From Vicugna vicugna (Eukaryota), in the NCBI GenBank assembly GCA_013265495.1, contig MU057781.1:808001-872000 (forward strand): a stretch of DNA of 64,000 bases, given 5' to 3'. This document shows positions 1 through 11,430 of this stretch, one piece after another; the first letter of the stretch is position 1; each line of letters starts with the position of its first letter. A model generated the notes under the pieces. That model did not search any database. It saw only the letters and a program-made list of their open reading frames with translations, and was not told where the DNA came from. Position numbers and translations under genes: made by a program.

Positions 1-620
1 GTGATGGTTTCTCACAAGACTAAACCTACTCATCAAGTGACCCGTCCAGCCATCGCATCCCTTGGTATTCACGCAAAGGAGTTGAAAACTCACGTCCACA
101 CAAAAACCTGCACACAGACGTTTACAGCAGCTTTATCCATAACTACCAGAATGTGGAAGCGACCGGGATGTTTTCAGCAGGTGGGCGGATGAATAAACCT
201 TGGTCCATCCAGACAACGGGATTTTATTCAGAGACACAAAGAAATGAGCTGCCAAGCCACGAAAGACACGGAAGAACTTTAAATGCTTGTTACCGAGCAG
301 AAGAAACCCATCTGAACTGGCTGCCTGCTGCCCGGCCCAGCTCTGGGGCGTTCTCGGGAGGGTCAGCCTACGGAGACGGTGAAATGAGCAGGGGTTGCCA
401 GGGCTGAGGGGAGGGGCGAGGCGGCGGACACGGAGGAGTCTGGGGGCCACAAGGACCCTGCGTATGGTGCCGTCCTGATGGGCAGTGCCACTACATTTGT
501 CCAGACCCACAGAATGCACAGCACCAGGAGTGAGCCCCCAGGCCGACTGTGTGTGGGCAATGAGCTGCGTCAGCGTGGGCTCCCAGTTGTGACGATGTCC
601 CCTCTGCTGGGTGTGAATAC
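1..620 (+). mobile_element. Old LINE-1 3' portion (L1MC1/L1MB-like), in the last intron of LRRC27
   Basis: The translation at 1-192 resembles the L1 ORF2 C-terminus (ELKTHVHTKTCTQTFTAALSITTRMWKRP). It is followed by L1MC-type 3'UTR motifs (gaaatgagctgccaagccacgaaagacacgg; tacatttgtccagacccacagaatgcacagcaccaggagtgagccc). Family assigned from recalled consensus. Confidence 0.85.
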
Positions 621-1329
621 TGCTAACCCTAACCCTGACATTGGTTTTGAAATGGAACCTGGGTGCTGGCTCTTGTGTTCCCTTCCCAAGGAAGGAGCTG
701 GGATGCCGTTGCCCAGACAAGGAGCCTGTGGCCCAAAGGAGACTGACCTCCGTGGGAGGCGCGCTGGCCCGTCTGCAGCGCCTGCTCCCGTGCCAGCCCC
801 GCACCGTCACCACTGCCCGTGCGGAGGGCGGTGGCTCCCCACCTCGCGGTCAGAAGCCCAAGACCGCAGGCGATGCGGCGATGCCCCAGGGTCACCGAGC
901 GGTCTGCAGCCGGGGCCTGCGCTCCAGCCCCTCGCTGCCGCCTTGGACGTGCGGGCCGCCGCGTTGGCCCGTGCTCCCCTCCCGTCTGCGCTCTTCCGAG
1001 GTGCAAACCCGCGTCGGGTTTCTCCAGAAGCACTGGGGGGCAGCAGCACGCCCACAGCCCCCGCTCCGGCTGAGAGGAGGGCTCGTTCCTCGGGACCCAC
1101 AGACACAGGCCCGGAGAGTCTGCACGAAGTCACATCACGCCCCGGGCTCTGGCTCCCGTTTCCCGGCTCCCGCTCCCCGACCGGGCCGTCTCCGGCTCCG
1201 GAGAAGTCAGCTGGCCGAGACAGGAGCGCGGAACCCTGAGTGAGCGGCCGGCCCAGCAACTAGTCCTGTCTCAGTGCCTCTTCCCCGCGCGATGGAGCTG
1301 GAGACCCCAGCTTTGCTGGGAGCCCCTAC

Positions 1330-2080
1330 GTGAAGGAGAGACCAAACAGACTGACCAGAAAAGGGGAGACGTTGTCTGAAACAAAATGAAAACTAGAATG
1401 AAAGAGCTCTGGGCAGTGATAGAAATAAACCTTTACAAACACAGACAGTGGGCCGAGAACTCCCAGGGTCAAGTGGAAACACAGCCAAACTCCTTTGAAG
1501 TTAAAGAACATTTAAATCAGTGGATGAAGTTGAGCAAAATCCCAGGAAGTAGAACAAAAATGAGAAGAAGGATGGAAAACAGACAGGACAGGTGGCACGG
1601 ACAGACTGAGAGGCCTGGCCTCTGAGGCACCAGGGAGATGCGCAAGGAAACACGGCGGTGTCAGGGAGCAGCCCCGAGCCCACACCGCGGCTCAGCATCC
1701 TGGTGGGCTTTGGGTCCAGGGCGGGAGCGGGGCGCACACAGAGGCCGGACCGAGGGCGGAGGGGCCTCACCAGGGCGGGCACGGCAGGGACTCGGAGAGC
1801 AGCTGGCGGAGTGCGTCCTCCCAGCACGGGGGGCGGGGGGGGGACCAGGGGGCAGACGTGAGCACCAGCAGGCCCAGGGGCCTCCAGGGGAGATGGGGTC
1901 TGAGGGTATGATCCTTGGATGGAGGGGGCATTCCACGACGGCCCAGGCACGGGGAACAGTTGGTGTTTTTAAAGGAGCGGTCAGTGCATGAAGAACACAG
2001 GTTTCCACAGGAAGGAAACGGGCCAGCAGGTGCTTCCAGCATGAGTGGCACACGTCCCCCTGGTCCTAGTGACACACACC
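1330..2080 (+). mobile_element. HAL1 / L1 ORF1-like remnant
   Basis: A-rich purine-biased tract (gttgagcaaaatcccaggaagtagaacaaaaatgagaagaaggatggaaaacag) resembling recalled HAL1 consensus, with a second patch at about 1965-2050. Confidence 0.55.
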
Positions 2081-2317
2081 CTGAGTTAGTTTGGCCCACA
2101 CCGTAGGGGAGGAGCCGGGGAGGAGCCTCGGCAGTGCCTGGGCTGGCTGTGGGGATCCAGGTTATGCCCCCCGAGACAGAACTGAGGAGGGAGGGGAGGA
2201 GAGGACGGAGGAGTGGCCCTCCCTGGGGGTGGGGAGGTCCCTGCACTGAGGCACGCCTCCCCACCGAGGCCCACCACATTCTCATTTTACTGTTTTCTGG
2301 CCCAGCCAATGGGGTGA

Positions 2318-2560
<243 letters not shown>

Positions 2561-2695
2561 GGATCTGAAAAGGTTTACAGATACTAATGACAGAGTGTCA
2601 CGTGTATGGATGGAAAATCTCCCCACCTGGAAAATGGGCCGGCGGCTCCTGCCTTCGCAGAGTCGCCTCCCGGGGCTGTGGAAGGTGTGACCTAC

Positions 2696-2701
2696 ATTAA
2701 A
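2696..2701 (+). terminator. LRRC27: Putative LRRC27 polyadenylation signal (ATTAAA)
   Basis: ATTAAA about 135 nt after the stop codon, followed by U/GU-rich sequence (ctctgtttccct...gtgtgttgggtgt). Confidence 0.6.
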
Positions 2702-3019
2702 AGGACAAAACCGTGAACAGCTGCATGGCTCTGTTTCCCTCCTGTCCAGGTGACAGCGTGTGTTGGGTGTCTGCAGCTGAGTGTCCCTTCCCCACCTGCC
2801 ACCCTGCTCACAGGCGGCCTCCGGCCTCCACCACCGACTCGACTCTCTGCAGCGGGAGGTCCCCTCTGTCCCTCTCTACCCAGGGATCCTTCCCAGGTGC
2901 CGCCCGCCCCGCCCCCCCGCAGCCCCTGTCGCAGACCTGTGCCCTCCCCCAGGGCACCCGGAGTCCATGCGACTTGGTGTCTTGCACTGAGTGGCTGGCT
3001 GGATGTGAAGGGTGGGCTT

Positions 3020-5780
3020 GGTCTTGAAAACATCTTTGATTCTGTTTCTTTAACGGACGTAGGACGCTTCAGAGTTCACTTCTTTTTGCATCAGCAAATT
3101 TGGTAAATGTGTCTTCCGGTGAGTGTTTCCACTCCATCCAGGGTGTCAGGTCCATCAGCATGAAGTTCTTCGTGCTGTCTTCATGCTCCCTTCCTCACTT
3201 ACGACCTGTAACAGTGTCTCCTTTCTCATTACTGGTGTTGGAGCTTTTGCTCTGTTTTCCTTCCTCTTGCTGGAGACTCAGCGCTTTTTGTTAACCTTTT
3301 CCAACAACCACTGTTCAAACAACTCACTTGGTCACGTTCCTCTTGTGTGTTTCTGTGTTGCTGATTCCTGCTCTCCGCCTTCCCTGCCTTCAACTTTCTT
3401 TGGGTTTAATTGATGCCCAGAGGGGACTTTACCAGTTTCAATGCATGCCTCAGAAAAGAAGAAATGTGTGAAATCAATAACCTGGGCTTCCAACTCATAA
3501 AGATAGAGAATGTGTCAGTTATCTGTTGCTGTGTAACAAGTTACTCCAGCAGCTGGAAAATGAGCAAGAAATAAATGATTATAAGTAATTATAACATATT
3601 ATCATATATAATGTATTGATATATGATAATAAATGAAAATTTGTTGTCTCTCACAGCTTCTGGGGGTCAGGAGTGGGAGCAGCTTGGCTGGTATTTCTGT
3701 TCAGGGTCTCATGAGGTTGCAGGGGCAGTGTCGTCTGAAGACTCATCTGGGCTGGCAGGTCTGGGCGTCCGTCAGAGAACACATTGTGAGTCCAGTCCTT
3801 TTCAATCTGTGAAGACGTGCTCTCTGAACACCACATGACTTATGCTGGGCGGCGTTCTGTGTGCACTGGACGGAGTCTCCCTGACAGCTGTTGGATCCAG
3901 GGTTTTGTGTACATGGAGTCAGATGGCTCGATCCCATCACTCACATCTCCTGTGCTGTTACCGGTTTGTTACCATTTCCAGCCATGGTTCCTGTGGGCTT
4001 ATCTCTCCCTTTATTTCTGTCGTTTTTGCTGTATGTATTTTAGAACTATGTTATTTGATGCCTACACATTTAGGGTTCTTTTGCCTTCCTGTTGGATTAA
4101 CTTTTCATCGGTATGAACTATTTCTCTTTATCTCTCCTTGTATCTTCTTGCCTGAAGGTCTGTTTTGTTGGATGTTAACCCAGATGTACCACCGCCGCTT
4201 TGCTTAGGGTCACGTGACACCTCTTCCATCCCTTCACTTTTAGTCTCCGTGTGTCTTTACACTTAAAGCACATCTTATGTAACCGTCGTGCAGTGGGGTC
4301 TTGTGTCTCCAGCCAGCCGACCCTTGTCTTTTGATTAGGGTGTTCAGTCTGCTTCCATTCAAGGCGGTTGTGCATGGGGTTGGTTTTAATTTCAAGTCTC
4401 CCATCCTGCTGACTGTGTGTCTCATATGTTTCTGTACCTTTATTCTTCCTTTGCTGCTCCCTGACAGATTAAGCAATTTTTAAAATTGCTCTGTTTCATC
4501 TCTTCTGTTAGTGTTTTAGTAGCAGCTTTCTGTATGATTCTTTCAGGTGTCACCCCAGAGATCATAATATGCGCTCTGGATTTAATCCTGCCCATTGGTA
4601 ACTTTACCACGCCCAGACCGCCAGCCCCCACGGCAGTCCGCCCCACCTGCCACCTCCCTGCCCCAGCCTGTGTGTAAAGAAGACACCGGCGCTGCTGTGG
4701 GCAGCCCACCCCCCTGCAGGCCCCCCGCCCTTCGCCCTCCGTGTGCAGCACTGCTTAGAGTTTCTTCATGCTGTCGTGTCTTTGTGGTTATGGCTCTGCT
4801 GACGGGGAGTTCCCTCAGCTCTTGCTGGTTTGAAAGTGAACTTCGTTTGCCTTTATTTCGGTTTGGGGGATCCCAAGTGGGCAGATCCCCCTCCCCCGAC
4901 CCTACAGCCCTCCCCCCAGCACTTAAAAGATGGTCCTCCACTGTCTTCTGGCTCCTAGGAGTTTTGTTAAACAGTCAACTTTCATCCTTACTTTTTCTCC
5001 TTTGAAGGTGACATCTTTTTTTCTCTGCCTGTCACAAAGACTTTGTCTTTGGTTTGCAGCGGTTTGTGCCCAGCTGCAATTAATTTTTTCACCCTAACCT
5101 TCTGGGCGTGTACAGGACTGCTGTCTGTGGGCTTGAATCTTTCACCAGGTTTAGAAAACTCTCAGCCGTTATTTTTTTGAGTATTGTTTTTCTCCTGTCC
5201 TCTCTCCTCCCTTTCAGGGACTACAAATTGATCTATTTTAGACCCTATGACTGTGTCGTCTTCCTTCTCTTTGTTCTTTTCACCTTTCACTCCTTGTGGA
5301 CTTGAGGCCGGATGCTCCGCCCGCGTGGTTTTGGGTTCATGAGGCCTGTCTCCTGCTTTCTCGGCCCCAAAGCCAGTGGGTGTTTCATGTGGAAACGTCA
5401 GGCAGCGTCAGGAGAGCCGCGCGCTGGGACCTGGGCGGGGCAGAGAGCTGGCCGGAGCGCCCTCCGCCGGGCTCCCTGGCCGCCCATGCGCGCCGCCCCC
5501 CTCCGTGGGGTACTGTAATGTGTAATCGGGATTTTTTAAAACGGAGTTTTTGCTTGCAGTCAGTTTTGCGTTCCAGGTGTGCATTTCCCTTCCAGGATGC
5601 CTGCTGGTCCTGTTTCAGGGACAGATGCCGAGTCTCGGTCGCAGTCTCCCATCCCACACATCTCGCTCTTCTTTTCCTCTTCTTTTCTATCACGTGTTAC
5701 GCTGCCTCATAACTTTTTGTTGTGTGCCAAACACAGTATGAACCTTTTAAGAAACCGTGGAGACTGAAGACAACATTGTT
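3020..5780 (-). mobile_element. Degenerate old LINE-1 (L1ME/MC type; ORF2 endonuclease region toward ORF1), interrupted by an LTR
   Basis: Minus-strand translations TTALNGSRLNTLIKRQGSAGW and QDPTARRLHKMCFKCKDTRRLKVKGWK match the L1 ORF2 endonuclease N-terminus with frameshifts. The plus strand is T-rich throughout. Boundaries are approximate. Confidence 0.8.
3511..3760 (-). mobile_element. MaLR LTR fragment (MLT1F-like)
   Basis: tgtgtcagttatctgttgctgtgtaacaag...tctcacagcttctgggggtcaggag...cagggtctcatgaggttgcag matches the recalled MLT1F end. Confidence 0.75.
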
Positions 5781-6549
5781 TTCCTCTAGGAGGGTCCCTT
5801 GGTCCCCGCCCCGCCCCCGTCAGGCAAGCAAGGTAGAGATTTCACCTCCTCCTCCAGGCAGGTTCGGAGCTTCAGCTGGGCCCGGCTCCCCCTGCTCCCG
5901 GTGTCTCTGTCTCAAGGGTGAGGGTGATGGCAGGAGATTTCACTCCCGCCAGGGCAGCCCCTCACCCCAGGCTGCTCAGCACGTGAACAGCAGCTGGAGC
6001 AGCTCCAGCCCCTCCCTCTGGGCCCGGGGACCCCCACCTCAGGCTGCGCCCCGGGAGGGAAGCGCATGGACCTCCGCTCCCACTCCAGGGACCTTCGGCA
6101 CAGCGGCCTCTGTGATTTCCATGGTGGGCGCCTCCCAGCTGCTGCAGGAGCTGGGGCTGCCGCTGGTCCCACCCAGAACTCAAAGTCCACTCGTTTCAAC
6201 CTTTTAAAAAGATCACTCTGCTCCAAGAATGAGTCTTAGAAACAGCCCATGGGTGAAAGTCAAAGATGAAACACAGCTAAAGGAACGACTCGGCACCGGC
6301 AGGCAGTGTGGCGGCGGATCGACGTGACTCCCCTCCCACGTGGTGCATGCGTGTTGTGTGGGTTGCTGTCTGCTCTGCTTTTTGGCCTGTTAATCTGTCG
6401 TTCCGAGTGCTCGCCACTCTGTTGGGCTCTGCAGTCCCTTTACCATTTCTCTTACTTTTTGAAAATCAGATGTGCGTTTTCCTCCCCGCCTCCTCCACAT
6501 CTTCCTCGCTGCCCCAGGGAGGCCTCGCGCTTGTACTCCCCCGACCCTG

Positions 6550-6890
6550 ACGGCTGTCTGGCTGTGTGACAGACTCTCGGGGGCTTAAGCAGCAAGTTTA
6601 CACGTTGTGGTCTCCCGTGGCCCTGGGTTGGTGGGGTTTAGCGGGCTGGTTCCATCTCGCCATGCTCTGGGGAGGCGCCCTCGCCAGCCCTGAGCCCCGC
6701 AGCTGCTGGAGGGTGTCTCTTCCCGCTGCTGGTGGCCCCGCCACGCAGTGTCCGGGGCAGGTGCCTCGCTCTCTCCCACGGCCGCCCAGGGCTCCAGACA
6801 TGCGTTGTGGAGGCTCCCGCCATAAACTCACACAGCCCATCCCTCCAAGTCCTCTGAGTGGACTCGAGTCACAGGGCAGCCCAGACTCAC
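6550..6890 (-). mobile_element. Highly diverged MLT1-type LTR
   Basis: Scattered MLT1-like motifs (ggcttaagcagcaagttta; agtcacagggcagcccagactca). Confidence 0.45.
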
Positions 6891-7624
6891 TCGGCTGTGC
6901 TGAGACCCCCAGGAGTCTCGGTCGCAGTCTCCCATCCCACACATCTCGCTTCATGTGGCGTGTCAGGGCCACATCCCCAGCTGGGCTGCCATCTGCGTGG
7001 ACACACAGCAGTCCAGGTTGATCCTGTTGTCCCATCTCGAGGTGGAGTGTCATCTGTCCCGACTTCCCTTGTCTCTGGGGCTCCTCCCCACCTCGAACGT
7101 GCTCTCCTTATGTGAGCGCGTGCCCTGTGGACCAGGCCTCTGCCCTGGACAGGCGAGGGCCATGTGGGGCTGCCTCTGGATTGGCTGCGGCTGGTCCTCT
7201 GGCCTCTGGATGGACAGCAGGGCGCTGACTTCTGGCCCCTGCTCTCCAGAGGCAAAGCTTGTGTCGACGGGGTCTTCACGGGGTGGGGGGGGCCCTGTCA
7301 CCAGCCCTGCCTGGAAGTCAGGGAGCCCCCTGGCTGCGGGCATGGTCCCCCCAGGTCAGGAACGGCCTTTCCTGCTCTTCCCAGGAGCAGCACCCCCTCC
7401 TCATGTCCCTCTCTGTCTCCTGGACCCTGCGCTGCTCGTTTGCAGCCCTCCTGGCTCTGCTCCCAAGCCATCACCCTTCATTTCCTTCTCCTTGCTCCCG
7501 ACTCTGAGACAGTTTTTCCAGAAACATCTTGTCCGGCATTTCTAACTCCCATCTCAGCATGACTCTCCTCCCCACAATTTCATTTACCGAAATTCTGCTG
7601 GAAGACCCTCCACTTTTTACGTAT

Positions 7625-7678
7625 GTTTTAAATTTTTAGCGAAGTATGGTTAATGTACAATGCTGTGTTAGTTTCTGG
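7625..7678 (-). mobile_element. Tiny L1 3'-terminal fragment
   Basis: gaagtatggttaatgtacaatgctgtgttagtttctgg resembles the antisense 3' end of laurasiatherian L1. Confidence 0.55.
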
Positions 7679-9776
7679 ACCCTTCACTTTTTAGCTCTGA
7701 GAGTCTGGTGGGTGCGCGCAGGGCTTGGGTCTCCTCCCGCGCCCCACCCCCACCCCGGCACGGGCTCCTTGAGTCCAGTTGGTCTCCCAGGATGTTTGTT
7801 GGCCCTTAGCTGGGGTCAGGTCTGGCCGCCAGCGGTGGACAGTGAGTCAGCCCCCATGCCACTGGGGCCAGTGCTGTGGACACAGGCTTTTCTCCACCCT
7901 CCCACCCCCAGGCTCCTGCAGAAAGTGCTGCCTCCCATCCTGCTTCCCGGCATTTCCGGGCCTCGGGCGTGGGGCTCGGGCGGCCTCCTCAGCTGCTCCT
8001 GGGCCTCTTGGTGGGAGGGAGGCAGGGCTGGCCCAGCCCAGCCGCCACCCGGCCGCCCCAGATCCGTCCTGGGTCCCCAGTGCAGTTGGCCTTGAGGAAG
8101 GAAGTGCCATGTAATTTCTCTTGGGGGGGTTAGGGGGCAGAGAACCCAAAGCCCACCGTCCCTGGAGGTGCCCCCATCTGACTGGGGGAGGCGGGCAGGT
8201 AGGTGTGGAGGGTGGGAGCCCCGCAGTGGCTGTCTTCCCGGGACGCACCCGACTTCAGGCGGCTCATCTGTTAGTTCATTGCTCCTCCCGAGGACAGGCT
8301 GCGGGACAGCCGCCTGATTCTGCCAGCACAGGATCCTCTGCTTCCACGCTTGCTCTGGGCTTGCACGGGGGACCCACCTGGACCCCTGCTCGGAGAGTGT
8401 GCGCTGTGGAGGCCTGTCCTAGCGCAGCCCTGCTCCCCTGGTAGATTGGGAGTGTCTGGGGGGTGGTGCTCTGTCCCTGATGGAATTGGGGCATCCGGTT
8501 CGGGGGGAACACCCTTCGTCCCTGTCACCTGACCGTCCCCCTTCCTGCTCCCTCTCCAACTCTGTCCCCTCTCCGTCCTTAACTGCTGAGGGAGTGCCTC
8601 CCACACCTGGCTGCCCAGATCGCGCTCCTGCCCAGCAGCCTTGGGCAGCAGGGAGGGAAGAAGAGCCCAAAAGCCGGAGCCCCTGGGGGGCAGGACTGTG
8701 CTGGGGGTGTCTGGTCTGGAGGTATGTCCACCACGCACGTCACAGTGGGCGTCCCTCGGGCAGGACGCCACTGGGTACACAGCCCTGCGGGGCCACATGC
8801 CAGCCTGGGCCCTCCACATCCACGGCCCAGCAGCTGCCCGGCCGCAGGCAGGAGCAGGGCCTCAGCAGCGGGCATCTTCCCACCTCGACCAGACACCACA
8901 TCCTGTGTCCTGAGCGGAAGCCCTGGTGAAGAGTCCACTAGCTTGGGTTCCTGAGTCCTGGGCCCGAAATGATTACCAGGGCAGAAGGGTCAGGCCCAGC
9001 CAGTGGCCAAGGACCCTTCTCTCCCCACAGGCTGCCTGTGAACATTCCAGCCCGTGGCTGGGCCATCGACCGCCACACACGGCCACCGTCCAGTCCATAG
9101 GAGTCCCCGCTGTGGCCCCTTGCCATCTCAGGACACACAGCTCAGGGGCATGGTTTCGACGTGGGCCCTGGGCCTTGTGGGTGGCGGTGGAGTCCCAGGT
9201 GATCGCAGGTGACTCTGAGGTGAGGTGTGGCCCCCCTGTAGCATAAAACCGTCAGCCTCCGTTCCTTCCCAGGGTGGGGGCCAAAAGGTCGGAAGCAACT
9301 TTAGGCCTTTAATGCTGGGGGTGGAGGACTGCCGTGCTTGCCCCATCCCAGTTCCCATCCCATCCCGGGGCCCCCAGTCTTGTGCTGGCTTAGGGTTCGG
9401 GGGACCTGGGGTCCTCCGGGCCTCAGCCAGCACTGGGTGAGGGCTGCCCCAGCCTGTGCTCAGCGGGGCACGCTCCAGGGGGTGTGATGAGAAGGAATCC
9501 CGGGGGCTGCTCCCCGGACTCGGGTCCCCTGAGCTACCGCACGCCCACCAATCCTCTGGACGTGGCCAGCATGCCTGCCCCTGAGGTGGGCTTGGGGCCC
9601 AGGGGCCAGAGGGGGAGAAAACATCCTCTGAGGCTTGGAGAGGTTTTCCTCAAGTATCCGCAGGTGGGGGTAACTCAGACCCAGTTTACCTGTGAGCTGT
9701 CACGATGCTCTAACAGAAGCCCCACCTTTAGTGCGACTTGGGCAAGGTTGTTGGGTAACGTGACCTCGCACAGGAG

Positions 9777-9919
9777 CTGTGTGAGGTCAGGGAGGTGCCG
9801 GTTGTGGGGGTGGGGAGCCCAGCAGGCCCCTGGGTGGAGGGGGAGCCCAGCAGGCCCCTGGGCGCTGTGTGAGGTCAGGGAGGTGTGGGGGGTAGGGGAA
9901 TCCCAGCAGGCCCCTGGGC
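9777..9919. repeat. Compound local tandem duplication
   Basis: ctgtgtgaggtcagggaggtg occurs twice and cccagcaggcccctggg three times, interleaved. Confidence 0.8.
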
Positions 9920-11029
9920 ACAAGGTGGCGCTGGACATGTCCGGGTTTCCCCTGCTCGTCTCTTGGTGAGAAGATAAGGGTCTGTCTGGGGGGTTGGGGA
10001 CGGGAGGCTGGGAAAGGAGACCTCGCCTGGGAGGATGGTCCCAGAGACGCCCTGTGTGACTCCACCTGCCGCTGTCCTCCCCTGCCGTCCTATGCCCAAA
10101 GCCAGCAGAGAAGAGCTGTCCCCCCTAGAACTTCCATGTCACAAATGTAAAGATGTCAAGTGCCTGCCGCTTCCAGTGGCAGAGCCAGGCCCCAGGCTGC
10201 AGGCTTTCGAGAGTCCCAGGCACTGGGCTCCAGCCCCTCACCCCGGCATGGGCTAGCGGGCGAGGGGGCATTGGTGACGGAGGGGGCCGCACCTGCTTCT
10301 AGGTGTTTCACAGCCGCAAGGCTCAGCTTCCAAGGCATGTGTCCATGGGGAGCCGCCGCCTTGAGACAAGAACGCACCTCAGGCCACTGCACATGCTGCC
10401 CTTCACACGGGGCTTCCTAGGACACTGCCCATCCCCCATCTTAGACTCTTAACGAGAAGGATCAACATGGGTAGATTTCCCCTCTTCCCAACACTAGGAC
10501 GTCAATGGCCAGCTGCAGACCAGGTCAAGTGGGGGATGGGACCGCGCCTTAGAGTCCTGAGAAGACTCACAGGGCCTCATCACAAATGCTCACGGTTTCT
10601 CAGGGACCCAGCACCGACTTGCGATGCTCTGGTTTCCATCAAGGAGAAGAGGCTTATCTTAAGGAAGAGACAGCCAGCTGAGTCAGAAAAAGAAGAGCCA
10701 CCCATCACTGTTTTTAAATTACAGCAATCCTTTGGGGAAGAGATTCCCATCCTAAAAATGTTGTAGCTCGGATGCCTGTAACTGCAAGGCCTCCTGGTTC
10801 TGGGTCTGGTGGGGATTCACGGCCACTGCCGAGAGCCTCCCTGCTCGTGGGGCTGCCTTGCTCCTCTGCCAAGGACATAGAAGGGCACAGGTTACAGGAC
10901 AGGTGGGGTTGTGGGAAGGCTTTTTGGGAGGCACCAGACCCCCTCCCGGGGCCCTTCAGCATCTGCATGGGCCCAGGCTCAACACCACTTTGGGGGCATG
11001 CTGCACAGAAGATGGCCCAGCTATAGGGG

Positions 11030-11220
11030 AGGATGGTGGTGGTGGTGATGGTGGTGGTGATGGTGGTGGTGGTGATGGTGGTGGTGGTGATGGTGGTGAT
11101 GGTGGTGGTGGTGGTGATGATGATGGTGGTGGTGATGGTGGCTGGTGGTGGTGGTGGTGGTGGGATGGTGATGATGGTGATGGATGATGACAGTGGAGAT
11201 GGTGAGGAGGATGATAGTAG
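11030..11220. repeat. (GGT/GAT)n trinucleotide microsatellite
   Basis: Directly visible run of ggt/gat triplets. Confidence 0.97.
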
Positions 11221-11239
11221 GTAATTAATTCTTATGGAG

Positions 11240-11430
11240 TCATTACTGGGGACAGTGCTGTGCTAAGTACATCATATGTCATCTCCCCTGCAAGCCTATG
11301 TTGTAGATACTCTCATTGTTCCCACTTTTCAGATGAGGACACTGGGGCACAAGGCACTCAGGCGGTCTCCCCAAGGTCACACAGCAGGACTCCAGCAGTC
11401 TGGCCAAATCCACGCTCTTAACCAACTCTT
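11240..11430 (-). mobile_element. MIR SINE
   Basis: cccacttttcagatgaggacactgggg...ccaaggtcacacagc is the antisense MIR core. Confidence 0.8.

Noticed and set aside
623..636. CTAACCCTAACCCT, a telomere-like seed at the end of the L1 fragment
   Set aside because: Only about two units; too short to separate from chance.
10858..11224. Poly-Gly/Asp and poly-Val/Met ORFs
   Set aside because: Translation of the (GGT/GAT)n microsatellite.
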